The position numbers were made by a program, and so were the translations under genes. A stretch of 64,000 nucleotides of DNA, from NCBI GenBank assembly GCA_963920595.1, contig OY986950.1:3906001-3970000 (forward strand). The letters are read 5' to 3'. Position 1 is the first letter of the stretch, and each line of letters starts with the position of its first letter. The notes beneath the pieces are model-generated. The model did no database searches, had not been told where the DNA came from, and saw only the letters and a list, made by a program, of their open reading frames with translations. The stretch is from Eimeria praecox. Taxonomy: Eukaryota. Positions 19,702 to 36,500 of this stretch are shown here, one piece after another.

Positions 19702-22700
19702 GTTGCAGGCCAGGGGTGAGCCTCTGCGGGAGACAGCAGGGAAGAGGGCCTGCCTTACTGCAGGGCTGGCAGTGGTAGAGTCTGTTGCCCCCCGATAAAG
19801 GGCAACGAAGACCTCGTCTGTACGAACGACAGGGAAGTGCGTGAGAGGAGGAGTAGAGACCCCCAACAGAGCAGCAAAACGCCGGAGACGGAGGCCGACA
19901 GTGACAGAGAGAGTCGCCTCCCTCCCCTTGCAGGCTACGCAGTTCCACAGAGCGCAAAACAAAGGGTTTAATATCTTTTCAGGGGGTATAGGGGGCCCTC
20001 GGCGGCACTGCTTCTCCAACTGCATCGTCTGCAGAGACACATAACAAAAGCAACAACAGCAACAACAGCAACAGCTGCAGCAACAGCAACAGCAGCAAGA
20101 GAAGAAACCACAGCAGCTACGTTCTGTCAGGGACGCCAAAGCAACTCCCAGAGCAAAGATGCAACAGGCAAGAGACGCAGCAGCAAATGCCATACAAACT
20201 ATGGGTGCTGCTGTCTTCCCTCCTCTATCCCAGCAGCATCAACAGCAGCAACAACAGCAACAGCAGCAATAGCAGCAACAGAAACGAACCCTGTAGGTAA
20301 GCTCTGCGAGCTTCAAGTAGAGGTGCACTTTGACCATAGAGGTGGCTGGCAAGACCGTCTCCGCCGCCATACTGGCTCGCCTCAGGATGATGAGGGCCTG
20401 CAAAGAACACAAGACAGAGGCAGGAAAGCAACAGCACCCTCATCAGCAGCAAGGGGCTTCCCAGGGCTGCATGCGCAGAAGAAGCCATCAATCAAGGGAC
20501 TTGCGGTGGAGGCCAATGAACGCTGCTGCATGCTAAGCTAGCCACGTAAGACGCAGCCACCCTGCTGCGGTATTGTGCATGCTACCAAAACCCTAAACCC
20601 TAAACCCCTAAGCTTCAGGCCCCCATCCCTCCGTCTTAGGAAAGGAGAGGTAAGAAACAAGAAAGAAGAAGGGGAGGCTCACCCGCGGGAGCTCCTTGCC
20701 GCCTTGTGCTGCCAGCAGGCCAGCTAGAATAGTGTTAGCGTTGAAGAGAACAGAGTGCTGGGGATGTAGCTTGCTGCCATAGAGCTCTACGAGGTCGCTG
20801 TAGCAGCGCGCAGCAAGTTGTCGGGCTCCCTGCAGCAGGTGCGCGTCTGCTTTTGTCTGTCTCTGTGCTATATCCCTCTCCATCTCTTCACAGACTTTGG
20901 AGGTCTGCTGCCCTGTCAGCCCGCAGCAGCTACACAGCCACTGTTCTTGAAGAGGTGGAGCATCAGGAGGTCCCTCTTCTTTGTCTTTCGCGCTTTGCTG
21001 TGATGTATGCTTTGGAGGCGTCTTCACTGTCTTGCCTGTCGTGGGGTTGTCTCCAGGTGTCTCCTGAGGGGCAGTCTTAGCTGTGGCTGTGTTGGAGGAG
21101 ACAACTGCACGCGACAGGCCCGTCTCTCCGTAGGCCTTCAGGCGGGCTAGCATCCCCTTGTCCTTTAAGGGACAGAGGAACCCCCTAATGCATTTGAAGC
21201 AGCGAATGCCTCGAAGGAGACGCCCCCCTTCATCATTCTCCCTGCAGCGGATACAACCGCAGCCAAATACTCGAGGGAGGGCTTCTACTGCTTTCCGCTC
21301 CCTCTGAGTCTTAAACAAATCCTCTTCTGCAGATACACAGATATATCCCCCTGGGGGTATCTGCGTTAAAGCCCGCACAGCCACTCGCCCATCCTCACCC
21401 AGGGTCACCGTCGCGGTGGGGACACAGCTGTGATGCAGCATTGCTGCAGCAGGGGCAAACACTTGTCCCAGGGTGCAGTCAGGGTCCCTCCGCTGCACTG
21501 CTGCTGCTGCAGAGGTGGCAGATACATAGGGGGAATACTGTAGGACTACCAGAGCTACGTGCAGCAACTCCTTCTCTGTCAAATACAACAACATATTCGG
21601 GGGGATGCTTTGCTGCAGACGGCGCAACAGCAACTGGATCTTCTGCAGAAGCTCAGGCTGTCCCTTGCGGACCTCCTCTTCAAAGGCATTTAAACTGAAG
21701 ATCTGAGTTACAACGTCTCCGTTAAATGTATCTGTCTCCCCCTGTATTTTGTTGTCTGGAGGCAGTTGCGCCTCACGCTGTAGAGATGCCTTCACTAACA
21801 CCCGAAAGAGATGGAGAACAAACGTAACAGAAAGACGAGACTCCTTAGCTGCTGCAAATATCAAAGGCATGCAGGTACACTCGACAGCGTGTAGACGGGC
21901 ATTCTTCATGAGGCACTCACAGGAACAGAATACAAAGGGACAGGTATTAGGAGAGACAGGACAAGAGAAGGCCTGACTGGGATCTTGCCGCTCTTGGAGA
22001 CAGTGAAAACAACTGCTGAACACTTGACCGCTCTCCAGCACAACAGGCGTGCATACAAACGGCTTCTCCTTGAAAATCAAATCCCCAGGATTCATACGTC
22101 TGTTCGCAAAGGCAGCTACATGTCTTCCTTGCCTCGCGATTGTTACGGGGGCCTCTGGTGCCTGCAACACCGCCTCTAGGGGCCCCCCAATGCCCTTGGG
22201 CTCTGCAGGGGAGTCCTCTGCCTCCGGCACCTGCAGAGCCTTGATCTTAAACTCAAGTGGTAGCTCGCAGCATTGCATGAGGAAGCCTTCTTCATACTGT
22301 GCTAAGAGACGCAGGAGGCGGCGGTTCCCTGGACAGTTGTGGATAGCTCCCCAGATAGCTGCCAGGGCCGCCATTTGATTACGTTGGTGGCCGTATGTCT
22401 CTGCTAACAACACGAATCCGTCTGCACTATGAGGATTCCTGTCAAGGAAACAACAGACAGCCCCTTCTGCTTCCTTTAACCTGCCACCTTGCAACAACTC
22501 TGGCAGCATCTGCTGCAGAGTGAGAATCTCGTCGGTCTCCCGACGCTCCCGCAAGCCCCGTTGTTCCTCCTCTTTCTGTCTATCTGCTGCCTCCTGAGCC
22601 TCATCCTTCACTAAGTACTGCTCTTGAATAGCTAGCGCGGCCTCGTAGGCATTTAGGGGCCCACCACCCTCACGGGCCACGCCAAAGGCCTTCTGCGCAG

Positions 22701-22794
22701 CTCGCCGTTCCTCCGCGGCATCGTTAAGGGTGTATATGCCGCTAGCTAGGCCTACCCTCAATTCCTTGCAGGGCTCCGATACAACGGAAAACAT
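17607..22794 (-). CDS. TPR - split SET (SMYD-like, Cys-rich insert) - post-SET - TPR - ankyrin repeat protein, ~1370 aa, 5 exons; putative lysine methyltransferase
   Basis: Exons 22794-20683, 20397-20290, 20028-19759, 19457-19276, 19047-17607 join in phase. Motifs: QGRHVAAFANRRMNPGDLIFKEKP (SET-N), CFHC...C...CPFVFCSCEC...H...C (MYND-like), MLHHSCVPT, FGCGCIRC, and ankyrin repeats GATPLHLACVSG and GETPLLLAG; one ankyrin repeat (GLSLLGLAC...VVNA|MLKMG) spans the last intron. Confidence 0.88.
19588..19631. repeat. (TA)n microsatellite in intron
   Basis: About 22 TA units read directly. Confidence 0.95.
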
Positions 22795-25700
22795 GATGGG
22801 GTCAAACCCTAGCTCCGATACAGCAGCAACATGAACCTAGCGACAGCTGACTCGCAGGACACTATGAGCGGGTTCAATACTGCGTCCTGGGCCATGTATA
22901 GACTTGTTCGATTTTCCTTGAAGACATGAAAATGTATTACTTTTCAAAAAAAGAAAAGAGAAAAGATAAGATGAACCTACTTAAGTTAAGGCTAGGCACA
23001 GATCTGTTTGACCTTGGAGGCCCAGTGACCATGCAAGAAAGACACATTGAAGGTACAGAGGCGGCGGTGTGCTGTCTGGCTTTCCACCGAATATCATGTT
23101 TTTAAAAAGAATCTTAAAATACTCAATTCATTAAAAGAAAATAAAAACATACTTAAGGTTAGGGAGTACGGCGGTGGCCCTCAACCGGAGTGATAATATA
23201 CGCAAGGTAAGACTGGCGGTAGCCTCAGTAGAGCGCCCGCTAAGCCCGTGCTTTAATTGCAGGTGGAAAGCTTCTGTTTATATTAGATCAAGTGTTTTTA
23301 TATTTGTAGTTATTAACACCATGTTGTTTAACTACTAACATGCAGATGCCCACCGTAACAGGATATGCGGCCATAGCTGGCACTACAGAACGCTGGCTGG
23401 ACCGGCGTATCTGTTTTAATACAGATCTGCTAAGACAGCCTCTTCTGACCTTCTTAAACACTCCAAATATATTTATCTGAACGTTTCAATAGTTGTTTTA
23501 AAGGTTGTTTCTGTGGTGTAGTTGAAACCTCTTCGGGATCCCATGCATGTTCTTGCGACCAGTTATGTACGAAACTCTCCCCGTGAAACCTCCTGTTGTC
23601 TGCACATCATCAGGCTAAAGTTTCCTTACCTTGGCCTATTTGTGGTGTATTTGTTTTGTTCTTCCTGTATAGTGGGTTTCTTCACGAAGGACTCGTCGGA
23701 AGGACTACTGTAGTCATGCATTTGGATCGATGCCATGACGGATAATAGTTACTAGAGCAATAAATACAATGCACACACAATGCACATAAACAAGGCATCT
23801 GCATGCACTCTTGTAACTCATCTCTGGCTGTCTGACGGGGTTTCTTGCAGTTACCATGGCTTAAGTTAACCTGTGTCTAGTGATGTCTGTGTAAGGCTGG
23901 GTCTTGCACCGCTGCTTGGCTTCTGAGCGTCGTATTTATTGCAGTAAGGCGGCTACAGCTGTGAAGGGAAGTCCACGTGCACAGAAGCTCTCTGCCGCTG
24001 GCAGCGATTTGGCTTCCTACTGCCCAGTTGCGGCGCCTGACAGAAAGCCTTGTAAAGTTGTACTAGCACAATCAAGACAGTATTCACTCTCTGCCCGATT
24101 CTGGCTCAACTCGTGAGCTCTCAGCCTGTCTCTGGGGGAAGAACGCTTCATCCTTAGCTTGTTTTAGTTGTCTACATGGAATCCATGCGCACTATGTTTC
24201 TTTTGAAACAAAGAACCCCCGAAAATCTGTTGTTCTTCTTTCTTTCCTGCAGAGAGCCTGAAGATGTATATGATCATGTGCCGATGTGCTACTCACCTGT
24301 GGGGAAATACATGTTTCAGAAGAGGGTGGGAAGCTTTCCTCGCCTCAACACAGCGTACCACCAGCGAGTCTGCGTCTTTGCAGCGTGCTACGCTTAGCGT
24401 GCATGCCCTTTATAAGGCCGCAGATTCTATTCGTATATTCGGGAGATGAAAGATAACTGCAATGCCTTGCCAGGCTGTGTTTCAATTAGGCAAGCCCAAG
24501 GTTTGCATGCGCTTAGGTACAGAAGGTTCAAGTGTCAGCTTGCTTAGTGGTTTGGCTCTTACTCTCCCACCCGCTATTAGGTTGGAGTGTAATTGAAACA
24601 CAGCCTGGCAAGGCATCGCAGTTGTTGTTGTGTCAACTGGAGAAATGTACTAGATGGACTCGTCGTCCTGTGTACCTTGCGCACAAACTCTACACAGGCC
24701 GTGGACCTTCCTGGCTCTGAATGTGCTCTGACTCATTTCCCTTCGAGCTCAAACACAAAGCAGGAGTAGCAAAACCACAGAAAACAACGCCTCCGGTGCA
24801 ACACACTGCTTTCCTTTAAAAGGAGGCAGAGAAGTTGAAGAAATCTCATGCGGAAGCTTGAAGAGCCTGCCGCCTACAACGAGAATCAAGTACCAAGTGG
24901 GGCAGATGGGGAGAGCAAAGGCTACATAACATCTATTTGCTGCTTCTCGCGGTCCACTCTAATCCCTCCCCAGCGTATACGAAAAGTCGTTTGCTCTTCG
25001 CTTCACTGTTTATTTCGCGGTTACTACCAGCAGCAAATCCCTGTTCATCTTCAATGGATACCCCATCTAATTCAGCTATAGGCCTTTTAGCCGTACACTT
25101 TATGTTGAAATTCGGCATGGAACATTCTTATTCCACCACGACGATAGCGTTGAGGCTGCCAGGCTTCCCCCAATTCAAGCAGTTCCACTTCTTCAATCTG
25201 GTTGGGCGGGTAGGTGAATTGCCAGTCACTTCGCCATACCCACGTCTACAAGCGGCTATAACAATTCTATCTGCATGCAGGTAATATATATATTTTATAT
25301 GTTATATACATGCATAGGCACAAATAGTTCAATACTGCTCTTCTACAACTGCATGCAACCGATTGGGTAGCTTGTTGCCTCAGAAGTCTTGCCGCAATAC
25401 CTGCGAATGGATCTGCACTACTGCAAACCCACTGCCAACCTGGCCGGCATTCCATATTTCGTACAGAAATATACAAACTCAATTGAACTCGCTGGTTTCG
25501 AACTCCTTGCGAGACGTCGCTGTGTCCGTCATCTTGCTAATGTTTGTGCCAGCGCTGCTCTACTAGCTGAGCAGTGGTCAATACACGCACACCAGATAGT
25601 GAAACAAAGTAGTTGACACAATATAAAGGGTAAAGCTTCTCTTAGGCACAAAACCAAGCTGAGATCTCAACCTCTTTCCCCTCCCACAGCAGTCACACCA

Positions 25701-26485
25701 GCGATACATGCTGTCCCAGGCGGCTACGAAATAGAAATGCATACGCAGATGAGGTGAAGAAAGACAAGTTGAACTGCAAGTTCAGTTGTACAGACTAAAA
25801 GGAAATGCGATTTACTCCAGGGAATTCCTCTACACAATTGTGCTCCACATGTTTGTTGAAATCGCGGAGCTAATACTTTAGCGCAGACCTCAAGCAGTTG
25901 CCAGGGCCGCCTTCTCATGAGACAGCAGAAATGATTTTGCTTTATTTTTCATCAAGAAAGGGAACTGTTTATTCTTCTAACAACTAGCTTTGAGCTTGAG
26001 CACCTTGTATATTTGTTTGGGCGAGCTCCTCTTCCCAATGGTGAGTCAGGGCCGCCGCCGGCAGTGCATGCAGAGACCTCCTCTTCTGGCTTTGTCAACG
26101 CCTCCACCTGCTTATTCTGAGTCATTTACCAAGTCTTTTGAGTAATGTTGTCGATTTCTTTTCAGTTGGAATCCCCTATGAGGCGCTGAGTCATCGGGAC
26201 TACCCCCCAGTCAGCTGGGGCCCCCTGTTCTTGCAACAGTATATTTTCCAGAGCATCTCCCAGATCCATCCCTTCGAGTGGTTTCGGGTCTGGGAGGAAA
26301 TGGCGAAGCCGATGTTTGGGTCATTTCTTCTGTCGTTGGCAACACCCGCAGCTTAGTCTGTTTCTGCAGAGGCTGTGGCTAAAGGGGAGAGATACGGGCG
26401 AGTTGCCTGGAGCTTTCGCCGTGTTAGAGCAAGAAATAGCACTGAGGAGCAGTAGATACAGTCTACAGCGAGCATCCTTCTATTA

Positions 26486-28686
26486 TTGGTCAAGATGGAG
26501 CTGCCTACGCACATTCCGTACACCCCCCAGCCGCTGGGCTGGTCTCTTCAGACATACAACTTGCTCACACTTGTACTGAGTTCTATATTTATAATATGTT
26601 TGTTCATCATGTACTCCATCTCCCGCACAGTTTCTATCCTGCCCCACGCTTACCGTATGGTGACGCTCGAGAGGCGAAGAATGCACTGCTTTGATGTCGA
26701 CATCACCTCGGGAAGACAAGCGCACAAGGTCCGCATGCTCTATATTTGGATGGTCAGGGCCTCCCTTTTGGTTATGTTTTGTTTCGTGTGGCAGTATTGT
26801 GTTTTAACATACAAAGCCATAGACTTTTCAAAGCCCCGGGGACCCCTGCAGCTGTACCTCCAGTGCGTTTTGTGGGAAAGCGACTGTTTTGGGCTGAAGA
26901 ATCATCACCACTTTTTTGATTTCTACTCCAACCCTACCAATGTCTGCCTGAAGTTTAAGGAGATAGCGGATAATCGGATGGAGGATGTAATGGATGAGAT
27001 TCTCGACAATTACCGCTACCTGTTGTGTGTTCGTTTTGTGCCTCCTGACGCCATGGTGTATACAGCTGGGGTGGCTATCGCTTTTGCTTTGGGGTATTTG
27101 ATCCTTACGGGTTTTGAAGTGCTGGTATGGCTGCTTTATAGATCAACAGAACGCTGGCTGCCCATTCTCATCTCAACCATAGGCATAGGCTTCTTTGTCC
27201 TTTGGGTGGGCAGTCTGTTCATTCCCCAGCTCTTCACCTTCTTCGGATGCTGGATTAGCTTCGTCATGGTCCTCACCTTGCCCTGGATACTGTGGCTAGC
27301 TCTAGCTGCTGCATACAACCTCCGAAAGCTGCAGCACCAGAAATGGGCATTGTGGCAAGAGCAAGCCAACCGGTAAGCTGCCTTTCATGCAAAGTCTAGT
27401 GCTAGTGAAGCACATAAATGTACGGCTGTGCATGCCCCGCTATCCAGAGCTCGCCTGTGAGCACATCCATACGCAGAAATATTCGTGCATGCAGTGCTTG
27501 GAGAACCAGGATTCGCTGGCTCTCCGCTGCTGCTGCTGCAGCAGCAGCAGCAGAGGAGCCGTAAAGAATCCCACTAGATGTAGCTGCTGCTAATGCAGTA
27601 TCTGGTGGGATGCTTCAGCATAGAGGATCAAACAGAGTTGCTGCTGGCTTTCTTATGTGGCTTCATCTCCCATCGGGTTCACGCATGCACACCAGGATTT
27701 TGGCGGGGGGGGAGGGGGGGGGGTCCTCTATTATGTTGTTTTTACATGCTTGCCATATTTGAAAGACATTAGTTGGCTGAAATGCTTCTGCTGCTTCTTT
27801 GTTTGTTTCCAATGGACAGACCACTGGCCCAACTAGTTGATCGAGGGCGACGAGGCAGCGATCATTTCCTGGAGAAGCGGGGCCTCGTGCCCAGGGTAAG
27901 TTACGATGCCCTTTGCTGTCTGTATTCGCTGGCTTCTGCGTTGGTTTGTGCATGCATTGGAACCCGTTGAACGGGTTGTCTTTTCCCTGACAAATCGTAA
28001 CTGGTTTTTTCACTATTGAGTTGTTGCCGGGGTGTACTGTTAAGTCTGTTGCTGTAGCTATTATTATTGTTCTTGTGGTGCTCTCGCGTGCTGCAAATTG
28101 CATATGACACCTTATTTGCAGTAGCTTATTCCCTTGGCACCGAAGCACCTCCTAGGCTACCTAGACACCAGCGTGTGTGGTGGCCCATCGTGTGCTAGCA
28201 TTGTTTGCGTGATGTTCGTTTCCTTCCTGCGGGTTTCTCACCCCATTTTTTTGAAGTGCAGTTCCTGTTGAAAAGTATTTCGTTGCATGTAATTATTCAC
28301 GTTGGTGTTTGTTAATGCTTGCCTCTTCGCAGGGTGGGCAAGGCTCCGGAGATGGCTTGGGGGTGCTGGATATGGACGTAGATATGGATGACGTGGGTGC
28401 GCTGAAGGCGTCTGAGCTATGTGAAGAGGATTCTGCAGAAAAGAACAAAAAGAAGACTGATGGTCACTTTGAGCTTACGAGCTTGAAGGAGACGCTACAG
28501 GGGACGCTAGGCCTCAGACACAAAAAAGACAGCAGCTCCCAGCAGCAGCCGGGAGGCAACCGAGCCCATCCCTCTTCACACTCCCACGCGAACTCCTCAG
28601 CCACAGGAGAGAACGCCACTAATTCTCAAGATAAAGCAAGCAGCAACAAACCACAGTCACCGATCGACGCTGCCAAAACCGACTGA
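26486..28686 (+). CDS. Multi-pass membrane protein of unknown family; 5' end unresolved
   Basis: Large exon to 27372 with about 5 hydrophobic segments, then in-phase exons 27820-27895 and 28333-28686 (hydrophilic tail), all GT-AG. Possible upstream exons (e.g. ~26166-26280) could not be joined. Confidence 0.7.
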
Positions 28687-30419
28687 CTTTCACCCGTAAT
28701 GGCGCCGCATGCGAGGCTTCCTGTTTAACAGATAGCGTGCAAACTCCCATTTTATTCGTTTGCCTGAGCCCCGCAGAATCAATGCCGAGGCAGGCGCGAA
28801 CATGGGATGGGCAGCCAATTAGCAGGCTACGTGCCTTCCTGCACATACTTGTTTGTGACCGTGCGCGTAAAAGAAAACCCATGTGCTTGTCATTACTTGA
28901 GGACAAAACGCTGAAGATACACACAATTTGATTTCGATTGCTTTGCGCACTCGGGGGTGACAGGAGTGAGGCGTGTAAAGATATTTAGTACGCTCGAGCT
29001 TCCAGCAAGCTGTTTCTTTGCACCGCCGTTGACATGTTTGCTCAGGAATCACCTCATGTCTCGCATCCACCATAGTTGTCACAGACAGTTACTGATGCGA
29101 TTCCTAGTGTGCGGTGGCAGCAGAAATTGTAAGGACTCCATATCATTATAGCTCACGTTGCTCTACAGATGTCGCAGCACATGCCTGCAATAGATTCTTT
29201 CATTACAACCATTGCAGGTTATTGATTCTTCGTTTGCGCATACGTTATTCGTAGAGCTTAACAACTGAACAACTGCTGCGTGGGCTGGGGACGGGGCGAG
29301 AAAGGAGTGGCAGGGGCATAGGAGAGGGGGATGCCCAGCTCGCACCCATCGATTGGCTCGTGGGGGCAGAAGGGCCAGGCAAAATTTTTGCGTGCCGATG
29401 CGCATCATCCTCCATGAAGCTGGTGTGGTTCCTCTGTTTGCCATTTATTGTCAAGTCATTTATTCTGGGCTTCCATAAAGCAGCATCCGCAGGGATTGCT
29501 CACTAGCGGACCCAAAAGGAATTTCAAGCAGATATACACTCCTCAAACATGAAAAGGGGCATAAGAGCAGAAAACCCTGAGCAGGCGAGCTTGAAGCTAG
29601 GGCTGGCTATATGGAAAGGGAAGTGTGCAAGCACCAGCCTCTGCATTAAAGAGCTTCGTGAAAAGGAGGATGGCGATCCGCTGCACTTCTCCATATGCGC
29701 AGGCTCTTATCTGGAGCTGAGGCACAGTACAGCAGTGCATCGCAGTAGCGGAGCACTGGTGGCTCCCACCTCAAGATGGAGACGTACTGGGTCCAGAAGC
29801 ATGCTCTTATCGGGCACATAGCGCATCAGGCTTCTAATCTGTTACCGCAATGCACGGAGTCCACTGGGGTGCTAACATAATCAAGGAGATGCCCCTGATA
29901 TTGTTGAAGCAGTCTCAAGGGCATGGGGAGCAATTCCCGCCCGCTGGAGCTACTTAGGGTAGGGTTTTTTTGCTGGTTCGTCGCTCACGTTAGCCCATGA
30001 ATACCTTAGCTGAAGGACAACTACGCATTTTCTTTGCGCTTCCTTCATTGAGGACCAGGGAGGCGTCTCTGGGTATTGTGGTGAAAATGTGATTCCGACT
30101 ATTAGTACAGGGCACTCTAAAAAGTGTTTTTTGCACTGGGTGGGAATTGCATTTTAAAGTTGCATGCTGGGTTAGAATTCATTACTTGGGCTCTGGGGTG
30201 CTGCCGAAATCAGAATGCAACACACTGCGTTCCGACACTCCCTGCAGGCCAAAGGAAGCGGCCGTTTATGAGTGCAACCAATGTTCGGAGAAATGAACGC
30301 CGCAGCACCTCAAGGCTTCCCATCTGCCAGTGGGCCATCACTGTGGCTGTTTGTTTGAGAGCTTAGACACCCGCCAGCTCATGGCGCCGTATATGAGTCA
30401 CTTCATTCGCCGCAAGTGC

Positions 30420-30507
30420 ATATGCATATATATCTATATATCTATATCTGTATATCTATATCTATATATCTCTATCTATCTATCTATCTATCTATATAGA
30501 TAGATAG

Positions 30508-30549
<42 letters not shown>

Positions 30550-30610
30550 TAGATAGATAGATAGATAGAAATATAGATAGGCATACAGATAGGGATAGAT
30601 ATAGATAGAG
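30420..30610. repeat. Compound (TA)n/(TATC)n/(GATA)n microsatellite
   Basis: Read directly; TATC tracts flip to GATA tracts near 30496. Confidence 0.93.
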
Positions 30611-32331
30611 ACAAACAACCGAAATCCAGTCAGTTTGTCCAGTGGGGCTCAGCGCACTGTAGCGAAGCCTTCTGATTACCAAAGAGCCGCATTCTTAAAG
30701 CGAAAGCGTGACAGTTGAATGCTATTGGCATGTAAGGCAATTAGGTGGTGGCAGCTCTGGTCAATTTTTCCTAATTTCGTCTTTAGTGGTAGTTCCTTCT
30801 TCACGCAGCGTTCACCTTCGGCGTGGGCCGGCAGCCCTACACTGTGGCTCCCCAAAATTGCATTGGTGTAAACACTCATGCGAAATGCTTCCAAGGAACA
30901 CACCTCTTCTTCGTTACTATGCACAACATGCCCCACCACAGTGGCTGTTCCAGCTAAAAGAAGAAACGCAGCCCACCCAGATTTGCCTTCCCCGTTGTTT
31001 GAATTGCTCCAACTCCACTAATGACGCCGCACGCAGGTATCCCCATCCCCAGTGCCGGCGCATGCGAGAGCGTTTTAGTCAGTTATCTCATGCTAACTGT
31101 GCCCGCATGCGCCAACATAAATTGCATATACGCATAGAACTATTGCAGGCAGAACCACCTACATCACCAAGCATTTTCACCGGAATTCGATTGTTAGTTC
31201 ATATTCTTTGCACTTCGTCTGTTAGGCTTTCCCATAAGCTTTCTGTTTCTCAATAAAAGACCACCTGGTCGGTACTCCGTGCCAGTACTATTCTATGCGG
31301 GCACACCGTTGTCAGCTAGGTGGTGGTAATGAGTTGCCCTCAGTTGCAAGCTTCTTCTGTAAATTGGAGGGCTTTATAAGGCATAATGAACATCTACAAA
31401 ATAATTTATGCACTAGCTGTCTTTCCCACTCCTTGCAACCAGCACCCATACAGTAAATTTTAGCAACGCGTGCAGCACGACCTCGTCAGAAGCACCCGCT
31501 CATGACACTTAAATGGAATGCAATTCGACATTAATTTTTAAATTAGTGTTCGCTTGCATATTTGGGGAAAATCTGTTTGTGCACGAAGAGCTACCATTGA
31601 TAGTAAGATTTGCGGGAGCCGCGTGTGGGCGGCTGCGCGTGCGCGGAAGGGGAACAGATAGGAAAAAGGGCAGATGCAGCAGGTGAGGGAATATGGATTA
31701 GGCATAAGAACAAACTAAATCTAAACATAATAGTACGTTAATTTATCTAGAAGGGTCTCAGGCAACGCAGACGACAGTTTGTGAGCAGGAAACGAGTCGA
31801 CTGTGGTGGCTACCGTTGGAGTAGCTGTCGTTCTTATTGCTGCAACTGCTGCTGTTGCTGGTGCTACTGCGTGGCCTTTTGCAGTATATTAGCTTCAGTT
31901 TATCTGAGCTGCAGGGTTTGTCGGCCATTCACTTTCCCAGTAATCTTCGTTCTGTTTGTCTGGCGGTCGCGGCTTTTGCATGCAAAGGAGAGCCGGCCGG
32001 GGTGACGCTAGTCCTCTCGCTCTTCGTAGAAATCCCGGTTCTCTTCCATCTAGGGCTCCGCCTGTCTGCTCCTTAAAGGTCCCGGTGCAGAGTCGGTTTC
32101 GGGGTAGCGGCGTATCGTCACACCTCTTTGCGGCCGCGCGCCCAGCAGGATAACATAAGACACGCCAAATAGGGCCACGAGGCGCAAGGACCACCAGGCC
32201 TTCACACTGTTTCTCCCTTTCTACGGTTTCATTTACCGGGAGCAGAGCGCACGCGACGCGGGTGCTGTGCAGGTGTGTGCTGTGCGTCTCTCGCTCACCC
32301 CGCCTTGCTGCATTTGCCACATTTACACAAA

Positions 32332-35848
<3,517 letters not shown>

Positions 35849-36500
35849 TCTCCAATCTGCAGCTAGCCAGCGAATTTCCCGCCTTTAAAGCATATAGTAG
35901 TTCCCCTGGATAAGCTGCAGTGGTCAGCCTAAGGAAAATGAGCACCTTACACTTAGAATGCATACTTTCGAGAAGTCTGGGGATGCGCCTTCAGCGCGCT
36001 CCTGACTGTTTCATTAATTTGCATATGCCAAAAAATAACATTGGGGCAGCCGGTAACAGCAAGAGAAGAAATTGCTTCTTCGTGCTTCCCATTTGGGATT
36101 TCCGTCTCAATGGCCGTGTCTTCCCAAGCTCACAAAGCCATGGGGTACCCAATGACTGCTAACAGACCTAGTGACGAAGCCGATTTTACGAACACTTCAG
36201 GTGTGGTAGGGAAGAATGCTGTAATGCAGAGACACTTTCAGGGAATCTAACAACTCCACCGTTGATTGCTCAAAACACAATGGGGTATGGGTAGTGGAGC
36301 GGGGCTCGCATGCCACTGGTGCGAGGAAGATTGGCTAAAGTACAAAAAGGTTGATCCCCTGTTAATCCGTCTTCTTGCAAACGGCAGTGAGCTCTCTCCG
36401 CTGCATGCTGTATACATCCAAACGGATGACGATGCGTCCACGCCCGGTGGCTGTTATACACCTCGGAACGCATGAGTAGTAGTTCTTGTTGCTTCTAGTT

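Noticed and set aside
23500..26400. Short ORFs and possible upstream exons of the membrane protein
   Set aside because: No consistent splice phase or homology recognised.
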